Under the pieces are notes generated by a model. The model saw only the letters and a program-made list of their open reading frames with translations, was not told where the DNA came from and made no database searches. A program made the translations under genes and the position numbers. From assembly GCA_002245135.1 (NCBI GenBank), contig NGBS01000892.1, positions 1 through 64,000 on the forward strand: a stretch of DNA of 64,000 nucleotides, written 5' to 3'. Shown one piece after another: positions 1 through 8,289 of the stretch; positions within the stretch are counted from its first letter, which is position 1; each line of letters begins with the position of its first letter. Source of the DNA: Proteromonas lacertae. Lineage: Eukaryota.

Positions 1-607
1 CAGAAAAAGTTAAGTCAATGTTACCTGAAGCAATTCAAAAATCATGGTTACCTGTAGACTTGTTGTATAACTTTGGTGTTTCATTTATGTTCAATACTCA
101 TCCATATGTTCGATACTTATTTCAATTAGTTCCATTCTTCTATAAATTTTCTAATATTGGAATATAGATGCAAAAAATGTAGGTGATACATTAAAAACAG
201 CAGCAACTGTAGCTGCAGCTGCAAATGGAGGTGATGCAACAACTGCTGCAGCAGCAGTTAAAGGTATTAGTGAATTATCAAAAGCTATGCCATCAATGGC
301 AAAAACTGCTGTTGCAGCTGATCCAACAGGTACATTACAAACTGTTGCAGGTATAGGAACAGTATTCAGTGCATTGACTGCTTGTTTTGGTTTGCTAGAT
401 GCAGGTGGTTTATTGAATTGGTTAAAACCAACACCATATCAACACAAGAATGCAATCAAAATGGATAACTACGTGAAACGTTCACAGCAAACAATTCCAA
501 GTTCACTCACTAATTTTGGTAGAGCAGTGAGTAATTTAGATCAAGCAAAACAACTCAGTGAAGCTATGAGTTACTTTGGAATAGGTAATGGAAATAATAA
601 AAAGTAA
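1..607 (+). CDS. 5'-truncated Ala-rich hydrophobic protein, one frameshift near 160-166 (possible virion protein)
   Basis: Frame 3 is open from base 3 to about 167. A second frame (IDAKNVGDTLKTAATVAAAANGG...) runs into ORF 287..607. Directly upstream of the protease. Confidence 0.5.
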
Positions 608-1150
608 AGAAATTAATTTCACGTAGGAAAGTTTTGTATAACAGTATCACTTCAGATGCCTTATCGAATTTTGATATAGAGTTAATTGTGAAAATGAGTT
701 CAATAATTTTCATGGAAAGTTCATGGGAGTGTTCTGCTGGGACGAGCTTGTACTTCCTATACCCAAAAAGAAGAATCAATGGGGAATCATAATCAATACA
801 CTCACCACACAAGCTAGCCCTGATTCTATAGGTCATTGGGTGGCCTTAGTAGTTGACAATATCAAGAAGCAATTCCTGTACTATGATTCATTTGGTGAAG
901 ATCCTCAACACTTGGAAGAATTTAAAAAAAATTTGAAAAAATTAAAGAAGTATCATAATGAAAAGTATGAACTTAAAATCAATGGAGTACAGAATCAAAA
1001 TTCAAATACTGCCAACTGTGGTTTTTTTGCTATTAATTTTTGAAAAATATTTTAAGAGATCAGTGTAGTTTCAAAAAGGCTACTGACTATAATACAATAG
1101 TGGGTGAAGCAAAAATTAGGTTAATGAAAAAACAATTTGGATTAATATAA
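588..1150 (+). CDS. Adenain/Ulp1-like (clan CE) viral maturation cysteine protease, split by homopolymer frameshifts
   Basis: Motifs IINT...GHWVAL...YYDSFG...QN...CGFFA (His/Asp/Gln/Cys). Upstream LSNFDIE and downstream FKKATDY...GEAKI...FGLI* join after 1-nt shifts in A/T runs at about 600, 692 and 1040. Confidence 0.85.
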
Positions 1151-1199
1151 TATATATATAATATATAATTATTACTTAATTATTTTTTCTTCTGTTTTT

Positions 1200-1607
1200 T
1201 TATGTGTGGTGAAATATTGTATGAGTTTCAATATATTCTATCATCTCTCTATCCATATGAGTACATTTGAAGAATATTGGCATCTTACCATTAAAACATC
1301 TTTGTGGCATTCTAATGATTACTTTTTTCATTGTTGGTGTATATGTAACTTTCGGATAATCTCTATCTCCTAAGTCACAAGGACCTACAAACACTAATAT
1401 CAAACGTTGACTCATGATCATGTTAATCATTTTGTGTGTTAACTCAAAATACCATTGATATATAGGTTTTCGATAATAAAAAAATATAAGGAATTGTAGG
1501 CTATACAAATCCAAGTATCTGTCAGGACCACTTAAATGATATTTCTTTGTTACCTTGGATTCAAGTTCTGGTAATTTATATTCAATCTGTGGTGGTAGTG
1601 TAAGCAT
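1200..1607 (-). CDS. Hypothetical protein of the element
   Basis: 135 aa ORF with ATG; no recognisable motif. Confidence 0.45.
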   Translation of the reverse strand: MLTLPPQIEYKLPELESKVTKKYHLSGPDRYLDLYSLQFLIFFYYRKPIYQWYFELTHKMINMIMSQRLILVFVGPCDLGDRDYPKVTYTPTMKKVIIRMPQRCFNGKMPIFFKCTHMDREMIEYIETHTIFHHT

Positions 1608-1669
1608 ATATAAAAAATAGAATATACTATATGTATATGTATAATAAAATATTTTAAAATAAAGAAATT

Positions 1670-1764
1670 AAAAAAAAATGGGATTACTAATAGTCTGTGC
1701 TAGGAATCGAACCACTAATGCCAGCTGCATGACTCTTTTTTCCTTGCACAGTCTATCAGATCCC
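1670..1764 (-). ncRNA. Putative Pol III-transcribed hairpin RNA 1 (VA-RNA-like, about 85 nt)
   Basis: Minus strand GGGAT-CTGATAG-A-CTGTGC-A-AGGAA...TTCCT-A-GCACAG-A-CTATTAG-TA-ATCCC forms a long stem. Perfect B-box GGTTCGATTCC (1713-1703, about +52). T9 run at 1678-1670. Confidence 0.6.
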
Positions 1765-1772
1765 AATTAAAT

Positions 1773-1968
1773 AAAAAAAGGGCATTTAGATATACCGTGC
1801 CAGGATGATTCAAGCCGAATTTCAATGGCGCAATATTAAACAACACACATCCAAGTAGAAATTATTAAACTTCCATAAATTCCTTGTGAAATTAATTTAA
1901 TAAATAAATAAATAAATAATTATAAATTAGAAACGCAGCCCTCATCGTAGCTAGTCTATCCAATGCCC
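1773..1968 (-). ncRNA. Putative hairpin RNA 2 (about 189 nt), related to RNA 1
   Basis: 5' arm GGGCATTGGATAGACTAGCTACGATGAGGGCTGCGTTTC pairs with 3' arm GAAATTCGGCTTGAATCATCCTGGCACGGTATATCTAAATGCCC (several G-U pairs). T7 follows immediately. Shares GATAGACT and TCCTRGCACRG with RNA 1. Confidence 0.5.
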
Positions 1969-2019
1969 AATAATAATAAAACAACATATACAATATATAA
2001 CATAATAAAAATTTATTCG

Positions 2020-3321
2020 TTACAATATTGATTTGTCTCCCTTCTTTCTCTTGGGTCTCTCCAGTATTTTTCTAAACCATGTGGTTGGTGCATCATCTTT
2101 TCTCACTAACTGCAACTCATAGTGTTTGAATCGAATTAATGAAAAACCTTGAATGTCATTCCCATTGATATCACCTAAATTGTATGAATATCGATTTTTC
2201 TTGATTATCTTATATACATTGTCTGACCAGTATATGTTCTTATCCATTTTACGTCTTCTCTCTTTGAATCTCACCAAATCACCTACTTCGAAATTTTGAC
2301 CAGTATGGTCCAATTTTTCATAATTCTTTAAGTTGTAGTTAATTGATTTTTGTAATATTTGTTTTTGTAATTCTGGACTATGGAATACCTCATTTGGTGT
2401 ATATCCTTTAATTCCTGGTAATGGCTTGTTGTTATAGTCATCTATCACTTCCTGTATTATACTATCGAGTTTTAATTTATAATTCATATCTGGTATAATA
2501 TGCTTATCATTGTGATCAATATCTGCCATATATGTAGGTGCATCATATCCCAGATCCACCAAGTGTTTGTACAACAATCTTTTTATCACACTCACTGATC
2601 TATCCAATAATGACTCTATTTTATGCTCAGAACCATCTTTTTGAAAATATGATATTCCTTCAGCATCACATAACTTCTTGATATTTGAAAAACTAGCATC
2701 AGCATCTGATAGGATACTTACCACATTTTTATGTGTTTTGTTTCCATAGGCATCTGTTTCATAATACCACTTCTGAAATGCATCCAATGTAATATCACCA
2801 TATTTATTAGGCATAAATATTGCCCATACTTTTCTTGAATTCATTTCGATAAAATACAAATGTTCCATATCAGGTAAGAAAAACACAATATCCATTTGGA
2901 AGTACCCAGGCTTCTTGATAGTTGCGAATGGATTATTTTTTTTATATTTGAAATCGACAATTTGTTTTCCAGGTTGTCTCCTTAAGTATTCACGTACTAC
3001 ATCTGGTGGTGGAGCTATATCATTCATACTAGACAAATGTTGTGTCATTTTGACAAATTCATTTTCATTAAGGTAATAATATTTTTTATATAGCTCATCT
3101 AAGCGTGATCGATATTGGGCAATTTGGTTTGACATTTGGTCTTCATACGAAGCCTCTCTTGTTGGATGTGTAATATTCGGTGCTCCATGGTTAATATATG
3201 TTGCAAGTGATAAGTTACCATTTGTAGGTAACGGTTTGACAGGATATGGGTTCTCGTTGCTATATGAGCTGTATAAATGTGGATCGTAACTATTAGTGCT
3301 AAACATATGGTCCAAAAACAA
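2020..3321 (-). CDS. Polinton-type retroviral-like (rve) integrase 1 (start uncertain)
   Basis: PGYFQMD, ILSD, LLDRSVSVIK, DDYNNKP...TPNEV, C-terminal FEVGDLVRFK...YWSDNVYKI...FKHYELQLV as in Polinton integrases. Extra N-terminal extension. Confidence 0.85.
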   Translation of the reverse strand: MFLDHMFSTNSYDPHLYSSYSNENPYPVKPLPTNGNLSLATYINHGAPNITHPTREASYEDQMSNQIAQYRSRLDELYKKYYYLNENEFVKMTQHLSSMNDIAPPPDVVREYLRRQPGKQIVDFKYKKNNPFATIKKPGYFQMDIVFFLPDMEHLYFIEMNSRKVWAIFMPNKYGDITLDAFQKWYYETDAYGNKTHKNVVSILSDADASFSNIKKLCDAEGISYFQKDGSEHKIESLLDRSVSVIKRLLYKHLVDLGYDAPTYMADIDHNDKHIIPDMNYKLKLDSIIQEVIDDYNNKPLPGIKGYTPNEVFHSPELQKQILQKSINYNLKNYEKLDHTGQNFEVGDLVRFKERRRKMDKNIYWSDNVYKIIKKNRYSYNLGDINGNDIQGFSLIRFKHYELQLVRKDDAPTTWFRKILERPKRKKGDKSIL

Positions 3322-3482
3322 AAAACAAAAGTAATAATGAAATTCATTTCATTATGATTATTATCTAAATTAATAGAGTTATATGTCTTTATAACAACAT
3401 TTAAAAAAATATATATCCGTTTCATATATACATATAACATTTGTTCATTGTTCAACGTTATTTCCCTTTCAATTCACTTATT

Positions 3483-4275
3483 ATGAGCAACTGGAAGATA
3501 CTATACAAAAACAGCTTCATTAATGATCCAAATCCGAGCATATATAAAATTTTATGTGAGAATTTTAAGACGATTGTAGAACATGAGAAAGATTTGCAAC
3601 GTTATAGGTATATTATATTATTATATGTCTATAGCTGGAATGGTAACTTCAGTATAAGGCGTTTCAGTACATGGTACAAAAGATTCACAGAAATTGAAAA
3701 GATTGATGATCATCATGAAAGATTAAAGATGTCCAGAGTGTTGATGTCTGTCCTGCTATGTAATATCGTGTATAAAGAGGATCTGGACAAAAGCATCGTA
3801 TATTCATTTAATATATATTTCAATTTTGAATCAATAGTATGATCGTATGCTTGACCATGCAATGGAGGATATGATAGAACTGACTTGTATGTATATCATA
3901 CATTTCGGTGACAACGATTTAGCAAAATGCGAAAAAGAAGAAAACAAGAATTCGAAAGGAGATATTGTTTACAGAAGTACTGCTGAAAGTATAGTAAGTA
4001 GTAAAGTCTCTATAGCATCGTTGTTTGATAATCTGGATGATGATGATTATAATGATGATGATGACAACAAGTTGTTAAAGGTGTCATCCACCAAAAGAAA
4101 GCGCAGTACATCTAAAGCTCCAAGATTCAAAAGAAAGAAGACCAATCAGAAAAGAAATTCAAACAGAAAGGAAGAAGACACCAGTACAGAGGAAGATGAG
4201 GATGATGATAACTTGTCACAATTTATAGTAGATGATGATGATGATGTGGAGCCAGAGTACCAAAATGATTATTAA
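3483..4275 (+). CDS. Spliced hypothetical protein with basic (NLS-like) and acidic C-terminal tracts
   Basis: GT-AG intron 3798-3837 joins ORFs 3441..3842 and 3847..4275 in frame. A further in-frame candidate intron lies at 3608-3634. Confidence 0.65.
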
Positions 4276-4444
4276 TCTCTGGTCCTAATTGGTTCAAATG
4301 ATATATTGTGTTTGTGTGGGAGTGTTGTTTTCATAATTTACATAATTAATTAGCATTATAACAAGTCTTATAAGAAATTTCAATAATAGAAAAATAGACG
4401 CGTTTCAAAAGTGATTTGGCTTGAACTCTATATTTTGTTTTATT

Positions 4445-4506
4445 TGATATAGGATGGTCACTATATGGTGTCATATCACACAGTATAGTGGCCATCCTAT
4501 CTATCA
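4445..4506 (+). repeat. 17-bp stem hairpin followed by a T-run
   Basis: ATAGGATGGTCACTATA (4449-4465) pairs with TATAGTGGCCATCCTAT (4484-4500), one T-G pair. T6 at 4510-4515. Confidence 0.8.
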
Positions 4507-4650
4507 TTGTTTTTTGAATTTTTTTAAGAAAATTAAATTTCGATTATGATCAGAAAGTCAAACTAAGGGCATATATGAGCCCAGCATAAATAGAGAAATC
4601 GATTGATATTATTATTATGCATTCAAAACGTTTCTAATGATGAAAAAACA

Positions 4651-4739
4651 ATATAGGGAAATAGCACACATTGAAACGGCTATTTTTTTGAATCAAAAAC
4701 ACATATAGGGAAATGGCACACTGTGCTATTTCCCTTTAT
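4651..4739. repeat. Three copies of AGGGAAATRGCACA (two direct, one inverted) forming a palindrome centred on 4721
   Basis: ATATAGGGAAATAGCACAC at 4651, ATATAGGGAAATGGCACAC at 4703, TGTGCTATTTCCCTTTAT at 4722. Confidence 0.85.
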
Positions 4740-4750
4740 TATTCATTATT

Positions 4751-4984
4751 ATAAGAAGTAATGAGAAGAAAATTAAGAAAGAACAAGCTAATCAAAACAA
4801 ATTTGTTTCACCTCCAAGAATTAAGAGAACTAAGATAGAAGATAGTGATTTAATTAGTACTCGTAGACCATTCCCTGCTAAGAAAGTAATTAGTAATGGT
4901 TTTATTAGTGCTGCTAAGTCTATTAACTTTGGTAATGGTGGTAACACTTTAAGTGATAAGGATTTGGGAGAGGTAGAAGAATGA
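4751..4984 (+). pseudogene. 77-codon open frame lacking ATG (ATA at the likely start)
   Basis: Reads IRSNEKKIKKEQANQNKFVSPPRIKRTK...GEVEE*. Upstream context matches that of the ATG at 3483. Confidence 0.4.
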
Positions 4985-5051
4985 TTTAATTATATTTTAA
5001 TTCATTAATTCTTTAAATATATATCATTCATATTTTTTATATATTGTTTGA

Positions 5052-6179
5052 ATGTCACTACAAGATAAAATAAATGAGTTATACAAAACATATGGTTATT
5101 TAAACAAACGAGACTTTATTAATTTCTCTGTAAATGAACTTGAGAATAACTTTAAAAAATCTCATATTAAAAAAGCTAGTAGTGAACTTGTAGAGTCTAA
5201 ACCAGATTATCAAATCACTGCAACTAAAAGGAATAGAATTAAATATGAAATTGAAAAGTTACCTGGATCATATCAGATAGATTTAGTGTTTTTCAACAAT
5301 ACAAAAGTTCCATTTTTGTTAATTATAGAAGTTGTTAGTCGTAAGTGTTGGATAAATTATGTTAAATCTAAATCAGAAAATGATGTGTATCCAGTGTTTG
5401 AAAAATGGTTTTATCAGGGTATGCAATCTAAGGATGAAAACGCTCGTTTTGTAGGAAGTATATTGTCAGATGAAGAGTCTGGTATTATCTATAGTAAGAA
5501 ATTTTTAGATTTGTTTAATAAAAATCATATACGATTTATACTTAAAGAACGTAATGAACATAATATAATGAAAATATTGGATCGATGTGTGAGAACTATT
5601 AAAGATATGTTTTATAGAAAAATTAATACATTTTCTGATGAAGAATTTGATAAAATTAACAATATTGAATCATTGTGTAATATAGTATATACTGTTGTAG
5701 ATGATTACAATGCAAAACCACATTCTGCACTCAATAATCTAACTCCAAATGAAGTATTCAATGATTTTGAAGTCCAAGATAGATTGTATAAAGAATCCCA
5801 TGCTAGAAACTTAAAGAAGCGTAAAAGTGATACTCATTTTAAAGCTGATGATTTTGTCAGAATAAAGGAACGTAGAGATAACAAACTTCAAAAAACTACT
5901 TATTATACTGATAAAGTATACCAAATACACAAAGTTGGACCGTTTTCATATTCTGTTAAGAACTTGGATGGAACAATACCTAAAGAATTCAATCCTAGAG
6001 ATATAGGCTCATATAGATTCAAATCTCATGAAATAAAAAGAGTACCAGTTAATAGTATTACAACAAATGGTAAGTTTAGATTAAGACAAATTCATAGTAT
6101 AAATAATGAAGCACAACCTATAGAACCAGATATTCAACCAGCACCAGAAGGTAGAAAAAGTAGATATGGTAGAGTATAA
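5052..6179 (+). CDS. Polinton-type retroviral-like (rve) integrase 2
   Basis: PGSYQIDLVFF, ILSDEESG, ILDRCVRTIK, YNAKPHSALNNLTPNEV, FKADDFVRIKERR. Alignable by eye to integrase 1 throughout. Confidence 0.9.
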   Translation: MSLQDKINELYKTYGYLNKRDFINFSVNELENNFKKSHIKKASSELVESKPDYQITATKRNRIKYEIEKLPGSYQIDLVFFNNTKVPFLLIIEVVSRKCWINYVKSKSENDVYPVFEKWFYQGMQSKDENARFVGSILSDEESGIIYSKKFLDLFNKNHIRFILKERNEHNIMKILDRCVRTIKDMFYRKINTFSDEEFDKINNIESLCNIVYTVVDDYNAKPHSALNNLTPNEVFNDFEVQDRLYKESHARNLKKRKSDTHFKADDFVRIKERRDNKLQKTTYYTDKVYQIHKVGPFSYSVKNLDGTIPKEFNPRDIGSYRFKSHEIKRVPVNSITTNGKFRLRQIHSINNEAQPIEPDIQPAPEGRKSRYGRV

Positions 6180-6192
6180 TAGTAGAATCAAA

Positions 6193-6218
6193 AATGGGTT
6201 TGGCTTGGCCATCCCATT
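6193..6218 (+). terminator. Small GC-rich hairpin just after the integrase 2 stop
   Basis: AATGGG-TT-TGGC-TTG-GCCA-T-CCCATT followed by CTCTTTTT, 14 nt after the stop. Terminator role is inferred. Confidence 0.35.
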
Positions 6219-6610
6219 CTCTTTTTATACTATACATATGTATTGTCTTTATTTTTTGTACTATTTACAAGCTTGACTTGATAGAGTTTTTATAAAATAA
6301 AAGAAAACTATCAATAATTCAGCCAAAAAAAAAATATAACCAAAAATAATAAAAAAAACTAAACTAGCTGTTGTATTTTTTTTAATTTTTATTTCTCACT
6401 TTTTGAAATGTCTCTTTATCTATTGATTTTTATATCATAAATCTATTGCTACCTTATAGGTAATTAACAAAATTTGAATTTTAGACTGATCAAATTACTT
6501 TTTTATAATTAAAAATCGAAAAAACAAAAATCGAACGATTTCAATAAAAATAGTCGTTTTGTCTGAATTTTCATTCCCTTTATTTAGATCTTTCTCGCTA
6601 ATTAGAGCAA

Positions 6611-7738
6611 ATGAGATCCCCAAAACAACCATGTAAAGTCACTGTCAAAAAAACTCCTGTTACAGAGTCTGAAAAAGAGAAAATTAGAGCTCTGGTAAAT
6701 CAATCTTGTAGTATTGGAGAAATTGCCTTAAAAATGGCAAGAACCAAGAGTACTATTTGGAAGTACTTACAAATTATGGGGTTGAAGACGTCCAAAGCCA
6801 AATCAAGTATTTCACCACCTAAGGTTAGAAGAGGGAGAAAGCCAATTATTTTGAACTCTATCATTAGTGGGCAAGCTGTTAGAGATTATATCTTGAGAAG
6901 TCAAGTTAATGGCATTACAATTCAATCTGCCAAAACACTCAGAAATGTGTTGGTGAAGAACAGCTTAATCCCCTCAACAGTATCATTAAGTACAATTTGT
7001 CGTTATTGTAAATCATGGAAGATCTTTTTTGGAAATAGTGGAGTTTGTCCAGGCTTGACCCAAAAGAACGTTGAAGAAAGATTAATGACAGTATCTCAAA
7101 ACATATTCTTGGATTATAAGACGATTATGTTCTCAGATGAGTCGATGATTAGACTTAGAAATGTTAAAAGTGTTGGATGGAGTATCTCTGGAAAACCTAT
7201 TATTAGGAAGCAAAGGATCAATGGATTCACTGATCTGATGGTTATGCAGAAGTCATTTGAACCCAAAGATGGTGTAAGTAAGGGAATAAATTCAGTTAGA
7301 TATTGTCGATTTTTAAAGAAAACTTTACCGCCTCTAATTCAACAGCATCCATTGGTAAACCATCAGAGACAATGTTATTTCTTACAAGACAATGCCAGCA
7401 TACATAAAAGTAGGTATACCACAGAATATCTTCAAAGGAACGGTTGGAAACCTATCAGACATCCACCGTTTTCTCCAGACTTAAATCCTATTGAAAAGGT
7501 CTGGGCGACTCTAAAACACAAGATTAGTGAAGATGAAAACAATTTCAAAGACTTAGATAGCCTAGAAGAAGCTGCAAAAAGAATTTGGAATGAAATAATG
7601 TCAAGCCAAGCCACCAGACATAAATATGCTTTTAGATATCGTGAAGCATGTATGGCATGTCTTTACAAACAGGGTGACTTCGTTCTAGACAATGACATTA
7701 AACGAATTAGAAAGATAACAAACATCCCAGAAGAGTAA
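6611..7738 (+). CDS. IS630/Tc1/mariner transposase, DD34E
   Basis: N-terminal HTH; FSDES, LQDNASIH, SPDLNPIEKVW with 34 residues between the second D and E. No TIRs found. Confidence 0.92.
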   Translation: MRSPKQPCKVTVKKTPVTESEKEKIRALVNQSCSIGEIALKMARTKSTIWKYLQIMGLKTSKAKSSISPPKVRRGRKPIILNSIISGQAVRDYILRSQVNGITIQSAKTLRNVLVKNSLIPSTVSLSTICRYCKSWKIFFGNSGVCPGLTQKNVEERLMTVSQNIFLDYKTIMFSDESMIRLRNVKSVGWSISGKPIIRKQRINGFTDLMVMQKSFEPKDGVSKGINSVRYCRFLKKTLPPLIQQHPLVNHQRQCYFLQDNASIHKSRYTTEYLQRNGWKPIRHPPFSPDLNPIEKVWATLKHKISEDENNFKDLDSLEEAAKRIWNEIMSSQATRHKYAFRYREACMACLYKQGDFVLDNDIKRIRKITNIPEE

Positions 7739-8289
7739 TTAGCCTAAAAGAAGGTTTTATACAATTTTATACAATTGTCCGAATTAAAAAAATATTTTGT
7801 AGGGGTTTTTCATTTGATTTTATGTTGGCCAAAATTAATACATATAATATAGTAGCCATTTAAAATATTAACTCAAAAGTATTTCAACTAGTTAGCGTTT
7901 AAAATACTTCGAACGATTTGGAATTTAGGCTCGAGCTTGACTTAATTTATTTTGTTAAATAGAAAGAGATATGGAATTTTATATTTTCAAAAATATATAT
8001 TATGATGTATTTATTTATGATATATTAGAAAAATCAAATAAAAAACAAAAGAAAGTTAAAAAAAAATGAATCGAACGTTCGAGCCAAATCGAACGATATT
8101 TTTGAAACTACTATTATAAGAAAAATTCGCTATTTAATGATTTCGTATAATTTTTATGTTTTTTATTTATGTTATTTTTTACATATTAAACAAACACCAA
8201 TTTTTATCAAAGTAATGAATTCAAAGTGCTTTTTCAAGTATATGGATTAAAGCATAAACCAGACAAATTTAAAGTATATATATTAATAC

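Noticed and set aside
588..1150. Programmed frameshifting in the protease gene
   Set aside because: Three single-base shifts, all in homopolymers, with similar ones at about 26616 and 29690. Sequencing error or decay is simpler.
1680..1764. tRNA gene suggested by GGTTCGATTCC
   Set aside because: No cloverleaf: the B-box is not in a T-arm hairpin and the sequence folds as one long stem.
8189..8196. Blastocystis-type poly(A)-created stop codon signalled by TGTTTGTT
   Set aside because: The motif is present, but the upstream ORF has its own genomic TAA. I found no gene here that clearly lacks a stop.
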